Assembly: GCA_036786905.1 (NCBI GenBank)
Contig: DAIQQE010000002.1
Span: 1 to 45,508, forward strand
Direction of reading: 5' to 3'
Length of the DNA: 45,508 nucleotides
Origin: Candidatus Nezhaarchaeales archaeon
GTDB taxonomy: Archaea; Thermoproteota; Methanomethylicia; Nezhaarchaeales; WYZ-LMO8
Both the position numbers and the translations under genes were made by a program. The notes under the pieces were generated by a model. The model made no database searches. It was not told the DNA's origin and saw nothing but the letters and a program-made list of their open reading frames with translations. Below, piece after piece: positions 24,583-34,279 of this stretch (position 1 is the stretch's first letter; every line of letters begins with the position of its first letter).

Positions 24583-24888
24583 CTTTGTCGCCCCACGTTA
24601 AATCATTGAAGGAATTCGTTATCATAATGAGTCTAAAGAGTGCTTTATGTGTTAGCCGTCAAGAGACGTCAAGCTTTTGAGGACTATGGGGTTTTGCACA
24701 AAAGCAACGGTGCCGATTCTCATGTTCTCGGAAGTTTTTACCCGAGCTTATGGGCCCTTGGCACGCTGCTCGCCGGCATGGTAATTGTTGTAGGCTCTTG
24801 CGATGCTTGGGACTAACGATGCGTTAGACATAAAAGCTTTTTACGTATCATAGACGTAGACATCTGAGGCTCGCTCTGATGTCAGGAG

Positions 24889-25818
24889 GTGTTGGTGTTG
24901 TCTAAGGTGCTCGTAACGGGAGGAGCGGGCTTCATAGGTAGCCACTTGGTGGACAGGCTCGTGCAGGAAGGCTTTGAGGTCGTCGTTCTAGACAACCTGA
25001 GCTCGGGATCTCCAGAAAACATCAAGATCCACGTGGAGAACCCCAAGTTCCAGTTCATCAGGGGCGACGTGAGGGTCAGAGGCTTAGTAAGGAGGGCCCT
25101 TAGGGGCGTCGACTGCGTCTTCCACTTGGCAGCCGTAGCGAGCGTGGACCTGTCGATCAGGAGGCCCGACATAGTCAACGACGTAAACGTGACGGGGACT
25201 CTGGGCCTGCTCGAGGAGAGCCGCAGGGCTGACGTCGAGAAGTTCGTCTTCACCTCCTCTTGCGCCGTCTACGGAGAGCCGATTAAGCTGCCTGTCGACG
25301 AGGAGCACCCGACCAGACCCCTATCGCCCTATGGCGCCAGCAAGCTCGCAGCCGAGCACTACTGTAGTGTGTACCACAGGGTTTACGGGCTCGACACAGT
25401 TATCCTGAGGCTCTTTAACGTCTACGGACCTAGGCAAGAGAGGAGTCCCTACGGCGGGGTCATAAGCAGGTTCATCGAAAGATTGAGGAGAGGCCTCGCG
25501 CCCGTAATATTCGGCGGTACGCAGACGAGAGACTTCGTCTACGTGGGCGACGCGGTTGAGGCCTTGATGCTTGCGATGAGGTCGAAGGATTGCATCGGAA
25601 TGACGATCAACGTAGGCTCAGGCGTCGAAGTTAGCATAAGGGAGCTGGCGGATAAGCTGATAAAGATCTTCGGGCTGAGGGTGAGACCCATCCTCTCAAG
25701 GCCTAGGCCTGGAGATGTCAGCCGCATGTGCGCTGACATAAGAAGGGCCAAGGAGGTCCTGAGGTTCGAGCCGAAGACCTCTCTAGAAGATGGATTAAAG
25801 GCCTGCATTAAAGCCTAA
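24889..25818 (+). CDS. NAD-dependent nucleotide-sugar epimerase/dehydratase (GalE/UXS-like SDR)
   Basis: VLVTGGAGFIGSH, SSCAVYG, YGASK catalytic motif. Start lies among GTG/TTG codons at 24889-24898, after GGAGG. Confidence 0.85.
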   Translation: MLVLSKVLVTGGAGFIGSHLVDRLVQEGFEVVVLDNLSSGSPENIKIHVENPKFQFIRGDVRVRGLVRRALRGVDCVFHLAAVASVDLSIRRPDIVNDVNVTGTLGLLEESRRADVEKFVFTSSCAVYGEPIKLPVDEEHPTRPLSPYGASKLAAEHYCSVYHRVYGLDTVILRLFNVYGPRQERSPYGGVISRFIERLRRGLAPVIFGGTQTRDFVYVGDAVEALMLAMRSKDCIGMTINVGSGVEVSIRELADKLIKIFGLRVRPILSRPRPGDVSRMCADIRRAKEVLRFEPKTSLEDGLKACIKA

Positions 25819-26483
25819 AAGGACGGCTCCTCTCCGGTCAGGTGGCTGATGACTTGATGACCTTATGATCCAAGGGTCGGGTGATTTCATCGTAGAAGGA
25901 AAGGATGACACGAACCCTCAAACATCAATCTTGTAAAGGTTAGGAGGGGCTCGAGGGCGACAACATTCAATCCACCCAACGTCGTTAAGCGTCTTATTAA
26001 CTGAGGGCTCACGGAGCTCGAACCGCGTTAGGCGATTGAGGAGTGAGGGACTTGGCAAGATGAGGCGAAGGGGGGTCTGGCTTCTAATCGTTATGTAAGC
26101 CGCCAACGGCCTCGTCACCCCGCAGGGCCATGAAGTGTCATGTCGTCTTAGCCACGTATCCTCGCGACTGTACCTTCAACTTTCGGTGTAGTCTCTCCCC
26201 CTTGTCGGTTGAGCTGAGCCTCCTAATGGCCTTCTAACCTTCGCCTCGCCGAGAAACTGTCCCTTCGAAGCCAAGTGCCGAGGTCAGGCCTGGCTCCTTA
26301 CGAAGATATCTCTGGACCCGCGAGAGCGTGAGCTAGCCTAGGCGTGGGCTTGAGCTATGGTGTCATTTCACGTCGTGATTTTCAAAGTATAGAAAGCGTT
26401 AAGCCATAGCCTAGGCTGATTACGTCTCGAGGCGGGAACGACTACTCACACGGTTAACTAGAGCTTAGAGGCGGTGCACGCGA

Positions 26484-28019
26484 TTGCCTGAGAAAATTAG
26501 GCTCCACTACTCGGGCGCGGTCAACTTCGCGGCTTCTGTAGTCAGCCTCCTCATAAGCTTCGGTTTCGTAGTGGTGATCACCCGCAGGCTCAGCGTTGAG
26601 GAGTTCGGTCTGTGGGCCCTCATCTCCACGCTCATGAGCTACCCGCTAATGCCCACCAGCATATGGGGCTACTGGTATCCCAGGTTCGTGGCTCGTGGGG
26701 TTCCGAAGTCGACGGGGACGGCTTTCACGGTCAGCTTGTGCTATCTCCCCCTAGCCCTAGCCATCTACGTCTTGGCCTCGTATTGGCTCTGCAACTTTGT
26801 TATTGGCTGGGGCTTTTGGATAGCAGCTATCTTCGGCTCGTTGCTCACCGCCCTGAACCTCATGGGAGGGGTCGTGAACGGCATAGCCTCTACCTGCGCC
26901 CCCGAGGTCCTTGGCTATTCGTTACTCGTTTATGACGCCCTGAGGTTGCCGCTGGCCTACTTCTTCGTAGTAGTGCTGCACTTGGGCTTGAGCGGGGCTT
27001 TGCTCGCCACGATCTTGGCTGGCACCCTTTCAACGCTGGCCGCATTGATGATCCTAGTCAGAAGAGGGTTGAGGTGGGATGGGGTCGACTTCGGCCTTGC
27101 CAAGAAGTGGTTCAAGGGCTTCTCCATCCCCCTCTTGGGGATCTTCGATGGCATGCTGGTCAACAGCGATCGCACGTTGCTAGCAGGGCTTTGCGGCTCC
27201 GAGGGCCCCGTCGCGTACATGAGCGCGAGCTACAGTTTGAGGGATCAGATAGTCTATGGCCGCACCACCGCTGCGGGCCTTTACGCCAGAATGCTACGCG
27301 ATGGCCCTGTCAGCGACGTCGAGGAGATAACCAAGCTCTACTTCGCCATCAGTGCCTTCATTTTCACCTCTGTCCTCTGCCTTTCGTACCCCTTACTGTC
27401 TCTATTGAACCCCGTCTACCGAGACGCCTACTGGGTCGCGTGGATCGCTAGCCTCTACGCGTTCGCCGAGGGCTTCTTCGGCATATTTTACTCTGTCGTC
27501 AGCGGTCGCGAGAAGGTCGACCTTAGGCCCGAGGTCTCAATTAGCGACTACGTTAAGAGCAAGCTGTTTAAGTGGAGCTTTGCGAGCCTGACGATGCATG
27601 CCCTAAGCCTAATCGTGGGCACGGCTTTCTTGCTGGCCTTCCTCCACGGGGGTCTAGGAGTGGTCTTTCTGGCCTCAGCCTATCCCGTTGGTTGGCTAAT
27701 AGGCTTTCTCGCATTCCTATCATTCTTCTACAAGTTGACGAAGGCTGTTGTTGACTTCGAGTTACCTTGGCGTGACGTAGTCCCCTTCGTCGTCGCAAGC
27801 CTATGTAGTGCTTCGTGCTACCTCGTCCTTGGCTCTCATACAATTGAGGTCGCGAACTTCTGGCGCGACGCCCCCATCCTACTGGCCCACATAGCAATAG
27901 CCGGGGCGACGTACTTCACCGTTAGCTACGCTCTCTCACCTTGGCTTCGAAGGCTCATCAAAGAGGCCAGGAGATTCGTCTTCACCGAGGTGTTGCGAGC
28001 GGAGCCGATTTTGAGATAG
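26484..28019 (+). CDS. Polysaccharide biosynthesis protein / oligosaccharide flippase (MOP superfamily, Wzx-like)
   Basis: 511 aa with about 12-14 hydrophobic spans and a short cytoplasmic tail. Context with nucleotide-sugar enzymes. TTG start. Confidence 0.7.
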   Translation: MPEKIRLHYSGAVNFAASVVSLLISFGFVVVITRRLSVEEFGLWALISTLMSYPLMPTSIWGYWYPRFVARGVPKSTGTAFTVSLCYLPLALAIYVLASYWLCNFVIGWGFWIAAIFGSLLTALNLMGGVVNGIASTCAPEVLGYSLLVYDALRLPLAYFFVVVLHLGLSGALLATILAGTLSTLAALMILVRRGLRWDGVDFGLAKKWFKGFSIPLLGIFDGMLVNSDRTLLAGLCGSEGPVAYMSASYSLRDQIVYGRTTAAGLYARMLRDGPVSDVEEITKLYFAISAFIFTSVLCLSYPLLSLLNPVYRDAYWVAWIASLYAFAEGFFGIFYSVVSGREKVDLRPEVSISDYVKSKLFKWSFASLTMHALSLIVGTAFLLAFLHGGLGVVFLASAYPVGWLIGFLAFLSFFYKLTKAVVDFELPWRDVVPFVVASLCSASCYLVLGSHTIEVANFWRDAPILLAHIAIAGATYFTVSYALSPWLRRLIKEARRFVFTEVLRAEPILR

Positions 28020-28083
28020 GGCGAAAACGCCGTAGCGCTTATCCGTCGCAAGGCCTCATTTCCATCGAAAAGCCTTCGTGATT

Positions 28084-29646
28084 TTATCGTTCTTTTGAGG
28101 ACACCTCATCTTTCTCAACAACCTCTGATTCCTTCTTGGGGTCGCGACGAGCCGTGTAGGGTCCGTAGAGTAAGTCGAGCAAGGGCTTCGTCCCCTCGCC
28201 TAAGCGATGAACCATCTCTTTGGAGAGAAGGGCGTGGGCTATTTCGCGCAAGTCGTCGCGGCTTATGACCTTGAGCTTGGCGTATAAGAGTAACGAGGAC
28301 GAGGTTATGACTGCTAGTGCTATAGTCCACTGGGCGCCAAGGACCCAGCAAACGAGGCCTACGACCAAAGGGGGAGCCAGGGTGTAGGCCAAGCCTTTGA
28401 AGTCAAATGAGAAGTTAACGGCTCTGCCAGCGAATATCGTTGCCACTAGATCCGTAAAACACCCGAGGGCGTAACTTATGGCAGCTCCGAGCCCTCCTAG
28501 CCGAGGCACTAGGAGGAAGTAAAAAACCGCAGCGGGTAAATTTCGAGCGAGGCCCACTCGCAACACCAAGTCGTAACGACCATAGGCGTACAACAAGCTA
28601 CCGACGCAACTAGACAAGGTGAGAGGCACGCAACCCAATAGCAGTATTGACAACATGGAACTGGCGTCGACGTACTGGTGTCCCAGCAAGCCCAGAGGGA
28701 TCCAAGGATATAGGCCTACGAACACTGCTATGGGCGTCATGAAGGCAAGGCTCGTCCTCAAGACCCTGCTCGCGGCCCTCTTGCGCCCATCCCCCATGCC
28801 GCTCAAGACCGGTAGCAACAAGCTCGTTAGGCTCGTGGCTACCATTAGGACCACATTCGCTATCGTCAGAGCGACGTAGTAATGCCCGGTTTCGACTGCC
28901 CCGGCAATTCCGAATACGGCCAAGACCCCGAGCCACTGCCCCAGTATGGCTACGACGGTAGGGAGCCAAGAGGCAAAGCCCGCTTTCAAGACGTCGATCA
29001 AGGCGTATCGCTGCCATATGGGCCTAAGGCCCACTACTTTAAAGCAGTAGATCGCCACCAATATGGAAGAAGCCATGCCGAGAACGACATAGCCCAAGCC
29101 CGCTCCGAGCCAACCCAAGCCCAATGCGACCAGAGCTACTCCGGCGACGAACCTCAAGACGTTACCTGTGACGTTTGCATAGAAGATCACGTCAGTCTTC
29201 AGGAGCGAGACTAACAAGCTTTGAAACGGGATGAAGGCTTGGAAGAAGAGTATTAAGCCTGCCAAGGAAAGCATGCCACCCATGAGCGCACCTAAGTTCA
29301 CGCCTAGCAGCCCTAGGGCCGACAACACTGAAGAGGCGGAAGAGTGAACGAGGAATGTGAACATCGCGGAGCTCCAAAAGTACACCTTGAGCCCCTCCAT
29401 GTCGCCACGGCCAAGGTGCAAACCAAAAAACCTCTGGCAACCAGCCCATACCCCGAGGTTTATGATCCCAGCTATGAGGTTCGCGAGGCCCACGACAGCG
29501 CTCGTGATCCCTAAGACCTCTGCTCCTGCTATGATCGATATCACGAGCCAGTACGCGAAGCCGGCAAGACTACTGACCAAGCTACTTAAGTAGAGCCAAA
29601 AGCCTCCTCGCAAAACCTTGCCGACGCTAAGTTCCTCGACTTTCAT
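28084..29646 (-). CDS. Polysaccharide biosynthesis protein / flippase (MOP superfamily), second copy
   Basis: 520 aa polytopic membrane protein with a charged C-terminal tail. Convergent with the first flippase. TATA-like TGTTAAAAGG (- strand, 29669-29678) 23-32 nt upstream of the ATG. Confidence 0.7.
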   Translation of the reverse strand: MKVEELSVGKVLRGGFWLYLSSLVSSLAGFAYWLVISIIAGAEVLGITSAVVGLANLIAGIINLGVWAGCQRFFGLHLGRGDMEGLKVYFWSSAMFTFLVHSSASSVLSALGLLGVNLGALMGGMLSLAGLILFFQAFIPFQSLLVSLLKTDVIFYANVTGNVLRFVAGVALVALGLGWLGAGLGYVVLGMASSILVAIYCFKVVGLRPIWQRYALIDVLKAGFASWLPTVVAILGQWLGVLAVFGIAGAVETGHYYVALTIANVVLMVATSLTSLLLPVLSGMGDGRKRAASRVLRTSLAFMTPIAVFVGLYPWIPLGLLGHQYVDASSMLSILLLGCVPLTLSSCVGSLLYAYGRYDLVLRVGLARNLPAAVFYFLLVPRLGGLGAAISYALGCFTDLVATIFAGRAVNFSFDFKGLAYTLAPPLVVGLVCWVLGAQWTIALAVITSSSLLLYAKLKVISRDDLREIAHALLSKEMVHRLGEGTKPLLDLLYGPYTARRDPKKESEVVEKDEVSSKER

Positions 29647-29867
29647 TTAGCTCACGACTAGGTGATGACCTTTTAACAGAGCTTCGCATTAGACGACTCT
29701 TCAGTAGCTTCGGAGTTCCAAACCGATAAGAGTTCCCCTGCGGTCTTCATGCGCCTCTTCTCAGAGGGCCGAGGTGACGCGAAAAGAGGGCGTTGTCGTA
29801 AACGAGAGCTAGGGGGCGAGATGGCTACGACAAGGTATTTAGCGCTTGGGGCCTCTATACATAGCAC

Positions 29868-30731
29868 TTGGTGGTTCGCTTGAAGTTCGGGGCCGTCGTA
29901 TCGAATGCTCAGAGGGGATTGTTGGAGAGGCTCAAGATTCTCGAAGAGGTGGCGTTGGAGGCCGAGAGGCTGGAGCTCGACGCATTCTTCGTCACTGACC
30001 ACTACATGCTCCCGTGGAGCGACGAGACCTTGGAGCCGTGGCTCTTCTTGTCCTATCTAGCGGCCAAGACCTCTGGAATCAGGCTTGGGACTTGCGTCAC
30101 GCCTATACCCTTTAGGCCGCCAGGCATGCTCGCGAAGATGGTCTCCACACTCGACGTGCTCTCGGGCGGAAGGGCTATCTTGGGGGTAGGCATGGGGTGG
30201 TACACCCCCGAGTTTGAGGCCTATAGTTGCTGGGACCCAAACGACGTTAGGTTCGAGAAGACCAAAGAGGCGCTCAACCTCATGCTAAGGCTTTGGACCG
30301 AGGACAAAGTGAGCTTAGAGGGTAGGTACTACAGGGCTAAGGAGGCAGTCCTCTTGCCCAAGCCATTGCAGAAGCCACATCCGCCTCTGTGGTTTGGAGG
30401 CACTGGTAAGAAGATGCTCGAGCTAGCGGCGGAGATGGGCGACGGCCTCATCTGTATAGGGCCTAGATGGGTCCCTACTTACGTGAGCAGTGAGGACTAC
30501 GGCAAGATCGTCGATAAGGTCAAGAGGTTCAGGGAGAGCAGGGGGAAGGGGGGCGACTTCACGTTCGCCTGCATAATAGCTCCTCACGAGGACTGGAGAG
30601 AGTTCGTGAAGGAGGTCGAGAGCTACAAGAAGTCGGGGATGAACTACCTCATCTTGGGCATCGTGAGGTTGAGGGAGGCGCTCGGCCAGCTCAAGATGTT
30701 TAAGGACGAAGTGGTCTCGACGATAGCCTAG
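29868..30731 (+). CDS. LLM-class (luciferase-like) flavin/F420-dependent oxidoreductase
   Basis: RLKFGAVV..., LDAFFVTDHY, IRLGTCVTPIPFRPP, GGRAILGVGMGW motifs typical of the luciferase-like monooxygenase class. Confidence 0.75.
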   Translation: MVVRLKFGAVVSNAQRGLLERLKILEEVALEAERLELDAFFVTDHYMLPWSDETLEPWLFLSYLAAKTSGIRLGTCVTPIPFRPPGMLAKMVSTLDVLSGGRAILGVGMGWYTPEFEAYSCWDPNDVRFEKTKEALNLMLRLWTEDKVSLEGRYYRAKEAVLLPKPLQKPHPPLWFGGTGKKMLELAAEMGDGLICIGPRWVPTYVSSEDYGKIVDKVKRFRESRGKGGDFTFACIIAPHEDWREFVKEVESYKKSGMNYLILGIVRLREALGQLKMFKDEVVSTIA

Positions 30732-30788
30732 TCGCCACACGAGTGGGCGAGGGGGCCCCGTAGAGGCCTGAGGGCCGGGGTTGACTTC

Positions 30789-31706
30789 ATGAGGGTCCTC
30801 GTGACAGGCGGTTGCGGCTTCATAGGTAGCCATATAGTTGAAGAGCTTCATGAAAAAGGCTTCGAGGTATACGTCTTAGACGACTTCTCATTGGGCGTGG
30901 AGGAGAACGTAGAGGGCCTTGACGTGAAGATCTTCAGGGGGGCTTCGGGCGACGTGGTTCGCTTGGACTTCAGGGTCGACGCGATCTTCCACAACGGCAT
31001 CCCATCATCATCGCCCATGTACAAGAGGGACCCTTGGCTGACTTCAAGGGTCGCAAACGACATGATTTCTATACTTGAGTACGCCAAGAAGAACAAGTCG
31101 AAGGTGATACTTGCATCGACCAGCTCTATTTACAACGGCAACCCGATCCCGTGGCGCGAGGACTTGCCTGTGTTCGTGACGGACTACTATACCGAGGCCA
31201 GGTACTACTGCGAGAGGTTGTGCAAGCTTTACTCGGACATGCACGGCGTCGAGGCTGTCGCCCTCAGGTACTTCAGCGTGTACGGCGAGAGGGAGCAACA
31301 CAAAGGAGGCTACGCCAACGTGCTGACGCAGATGATCTGGAGCGGGTTGAGGGGCGTAGAGTTCGTAATTTACGGCGACGGATCGCAGACTAGGGATCTC
31401 ATATACGTTAAGGACGTGGCCGAGGCCAACATCAAAGCCCTAGAGTACAGCGACAGCAAGTTCGAGGTGTTTAACGTTGGAGGAGGTAGGGCCTACTCCT
31501 TCAAAGACTTGCTAAACATGTTGAGGAAGGAGGGCCTAGAGGTTAAGGCGAGGTTCGTCGAGAACCCGATAAAGAACTACGTCTACCACACGCTCGCCGA
31601 CACGAAGAAGGCTGAGGAGGTCCTGAAGTTCAAAGCCAAGTGGAAGGTCGAAGAAGTCCTGCCACGCCTAATAGGCTATTACAAGGCGGTTCTAAAACTA
31701 TCGTGA
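30789..31706 (+). CDS. NAD-dependent epimerase/dehydratase (SDR), second copy
   Basis: MRVLVTGGCGFIGSH. The catalytic motif appears as YYTEARYYCE rather than the canonical YxxxK. 305 aa. Confidence 0.8.
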   Translation: MRVLVTGGCGFIGSHIVEELHEKGFEVYVLDDFSLGVEENVEGLDVKIFRGASGDVVRLDFRVDAIFHNGIPSSSPMYKRDPWLTSRVANDMISILEYAKKNKSKVILASTSSIYNGNPIPWREDLPVFVTDYYTEARYYCERLCKLYSDMHGVEAVALRYFSVYGEREQHKGGYANVLTQMIWSGLRGVEFVIYGDGSQTRDLIYVKDVAEANIKALEYSDSKFEVFNVGGGRAYSFKDLLNMLRKEGLEVKARFVENPIKNYVYHTLADTKKAEEVLKFKAKWKVEEVLPRLIGYYKAVLKLS

Positions 31707-32444
31707 GACGTGATGATCTGGCTCCGCGGCTAGCTTCTGAAGGTCCTCTCTGCTCAGTATCTCCTTTATTATCTTCGTCGTGCTGCAGAGCTTGTGCGCC
31801 TCGTAGAGCTCTCTGAGCCTCACGACCTCCACTTTAAGGCCCCTTTCCTCCAAGTCCTTCTTGAGCTTCGCTTCGTCGAAGTTCTGATTCGGGCCCAGCA
31901 TTATGATGTCGGGCTTTATCATCTCGACTATCTTGAGCATGTCCTCTCCTTCATTGCCCAGAACCGCCTCCTTCACCCCCTTGATGTTCTTGACGACCTC
32001 GAGCCTTTGCTCCTCCGGCACTACGGGCCTCCTACCCTTGAGCCTTTGGACCGTAGAGTCGCGGGCTACAACGACTATCACGTCCCCCAGCTCGGCGGCT
32101 CTGGATATCAAGAACGTGTGCCCTGGGTGTATTATGTCGAAGACCCCCGCGACCATGACCTTCTTCCTCTCTACCACGGCTCCTTCCTCCACACCTATCA
32201 GACCCAAGTGTTTTAAGCAGTCTAATAGGCCTTCACAGTACGCCACGCACACGTAGCTCGTGGGGTAGTCTCCTAGCTTTGCGTAATACTTAGCGTCCTC
32301 GTAATAACGCTTTGCGTTGTCAACTATCGCTTCGACTTGGCTCTTCAAGTGCTGAGGGGCCTTCAGCCTCATTTTCTCGAGCACTCTCTCGACATAATTG
32401 AAGTACCTCGAGAGCCTCTCCTCATCGGATTTCCAAGGGCTCAA
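31698..32444 (-). CDS. ribL: FAD synthetase RibL-type cytidylyltransferase with an N-terminal DUF357-like domain
   Basis: C-terminal half: VAGVFDIIHPGH, VVARDSTVQRLKGRRPVVPEEQR, MLGPNQ, as in archaeal RibL. N-terminal about 95 aa helical (YYEDAKYY..GDY..YCEGLLDCL). TTG start overlaps the dphB stop. 3' end overlaps the convergent epimerase by 9 nt. Confidence 0.75.
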   Translation of the reverse strand: MSPWKSDEERLSRYFNYVERVLEKMRLKAPQHLKSQVEAIVDNAKRYYEDAKYYAKLGDYPTSYVCVAYCEGLLDCLKHLGLIGVEEGAVVERKKVMVAGVFDIIHPGHTFLISRAAELGDVIVVVARDSTVQRLKGRRPVVPEEQRLEVVKNIKGVKEAVLGNEGEDMLKIVEMIKPDIIMLGPNQNFDEAKLKKDLEERGLKVEVVRLRELYEAHKLCSTTKIIKEILSREDLQKLAAEPDHHVSR

Positions 32445-33199
32445 GGGAGCTCCTCCATCCCCGCGAGAGTCTTTAAGGCTTCGAGCTCTACGAAGTGGAG
32501 GTCTCCCGGGAAGACGAGTACGTGGGGCGGAGGGCCGAAGTCGTAGTTGATGAGCTTAGAGAGCTTAGAGGCCTTTACGACCTCGCTGTCCCAGCATGCC
32601 CTTGCAATACCCACGGCCAGCCTGTCGTCCCTTATGACTCCCTCCCTCCTTTGGGCTTCCACTTCAAGCAGTATCCTCAACGCCTCGTTTATGGTCATGG
32701 CCTTGCCACTTTCGACGTCTAGATCCAAGTAGAGCAGCGTGTGGAGGCCTCTAGAGGAGTTGTCCCTCACCGCATCATAAGCGGCGTTGTTCGGACCCTT
32801 CTCCGGGAAGACCACTGTAGCAGACCTACCGAACTTGTAGCTCGACAGCCCCGTCAGGCCGGGCACTACGCTTAGAATGGAAGCGGAGGGCACGTACTTG
32901 ACCTTTACCCCTCTCTTGACGGCCTCTATCTTAAGGGCTATGTGTGTCGTGGCCACAAACGGATCCCCGACGGTCAATAACGCCACAGAACTCCTCTCCG
33001 CAAGCTCCAATATCCTTTGGGCTCCACGACCCTCTAGATCCGAACGGCGCAAAGGCTTAATCACTCTGCCTATCAACGACTGGAGCGCAAACAGCTCGTC
33101 TTCTGGGATTAGGCTCGTATATAAGTCGATGAAGAGGTGGTCAGCTCTCTTGGCCTCCCGAAGCCCTTCAATTGTCAACCCCTTAGCCGTGAGACCCAT
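32441..33199 (-). CDS. dphB: Diphthine synthase
   Basis: Tetrapyrrole-methylase fold. DLYTS, GDPFVATTH, PPHVLVFPG motifs. The first ATG (33199) lies inside the conserved N-terminal FIG(L/M)GL strand (see findings). Confidence 0.85.
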   Translation of the reverse strand: MGLTAKGLTIEGLREAKRADHLFIDLYTSLIPEDELFALQSLIGRVIKPLRRSDLEGRGAQRILELAERSSVALLTVGDPFVATTHIALKIEAVKRGVKVKYVPSASILSVVPGLTGLSSYKFGRSATVVFPEKGPNNAAYDAVRDNSSRGLHTLLYLDLDVESGKAMTINEALRILLEVEAQRREGVIRDDRLAVGIARACWDSEVVKASKLSKLINYDFGPPPHVLVFPGDLHFVELEALKTLAGMEELP

Positions 33200-33288
33200 G
33201 CCTATGAAAGCTAGGCCCAGTTCGTTTCACCTCAATGTTTATGTCCCTCTTCCCGCCTAAGTTGATAATAGGACTGGGAGAGCGTAAA

Positions 33289-34266
33289 ATGCTATTGCAA
33301 CCAACCTCGTCGATCATCGTAGACTTGCTGAGGCAACAGAAATATCAGCTGATCGGCAGCAGGAAGACCGCTGCGGTCAAGAAATGTCATTGGCTTCACG
33401 CCGCGTTGACCAGCAACAGGTTCTGCTACAAGAACTGGTACGGGATCGAGAGCCACAGGTGCATACAGATGACTCCCACGCTAGCATGTCCAAACAGTTG
33501 CCTGCACTGCTGGAGGGTGGAGAGGGGGGACCCCGAGGTCCCCTCATGGAGAGAGGAAGACTTCATGACCTACGACGACGAGAAGACCATATTTGACCAG
33601 GCGATAAAAGCCCAGTTCAGGATCCTAAGCGGCTATAAGTCGAACCCCAAGGTGATAAAGGAGAGGTACATCGAGGCGCTCCACCCAAAGCACTTCGCCA
33701 TAAGCCTCGCGGGCGAGCCGACCCTCTACCAGAGGCTTGGAGAGCTCATAGAGCTCTGCAGGAGCAAGGGGTTCACGACCTTCTTGGTGACCAATGGAAT
33801 GTACCCCGAGAGATTGATGAAGTTGTTGGATAGGGGCCAGCCCTCTCAGCTCTACGTGTCCGTAAACGCGTCGTCGGAGGAGAAGTTTAAGGCCTTGTCT
33901 AGGTGCTCACTAGCTGATGGATGGCAGAGGCTTATGATGAGCTTGGGGCTAGTGAGGGAGTTCAGGTGCCCCACGGTCATCAGGGTCACACTGATAAAGG
34001 GGATAAACGACCACGAGAGCGACGTAGAGGGCTTCGCCAAGCTCATTTCCCTCGCGGAGCCTTGGTACGTCGAGGTCAAGGGCTACATGTATTTGGGGTA
34101 TTCCAGGTTCAGGTTGGAGCTAGAGAACATGCCCAAACATAGGGACGTGCTCGACTTCGCGAAAAAATTGAGCAAGGTGAGCGATTACGGCCTAATCGCC
34201 GACAGCCTCGACTCACGAGTCGCCCTGCTCTCTCGGATCGGCGAGCCAGTTAAGGTGAGGCCCTAG
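33289..34266 (+). CDS. taw1: tRNA 4-demethylwyosine synthase Taw1/TYW1 (radical SAM)
   Basis: AAVKKCHW...CYKNWYGIESHRCIQMTP..ACPNSCLHCWR and SLAGEPTLY motifs. ATG 33289 sits 19-26 nt after TGATAATA (leaderless) and is preferred over ATG 33235. Confidence 0.85.
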   Translation: MLLQPTSSIIVDLLRQQKYQLIGSRKTAAVKKCHWLHAALTSNRFCYKNWYGIESHRCIQMTPTLACPNSCLHCWRVERGDPEVPSWREEDFMTYDDEKTIFDQAIKAQFRILSGYKSNPKVIKERYIEALHPKHFAISLAGEPTLYQRLGELIELCRSKGFTTFLVTNGMYPERLMKLLDRGQPSQLYVSVNASSEEKFKALSRCSLADGWQRLMMSLGLVREFRCPTVIRVTLIKGINDHESDVEGFAKLISLAEPWYVEVKGYMYLGYSRFRLELENMPKHRDVLDFAKKLSKVSDYGLIADSLDSRVALLSRIGEPVKVRP

Positions 34267-34279
34267 TCGCTCGATCCCT

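Noticed and set aside
29663-29720. Perfect C box GTGATGA upstream of the flippase gene
   Set aside because: There is no D box (CTGA) or terminal stem within 40-70 nt, and it overlaps the promoter/TATA region of the flippase.
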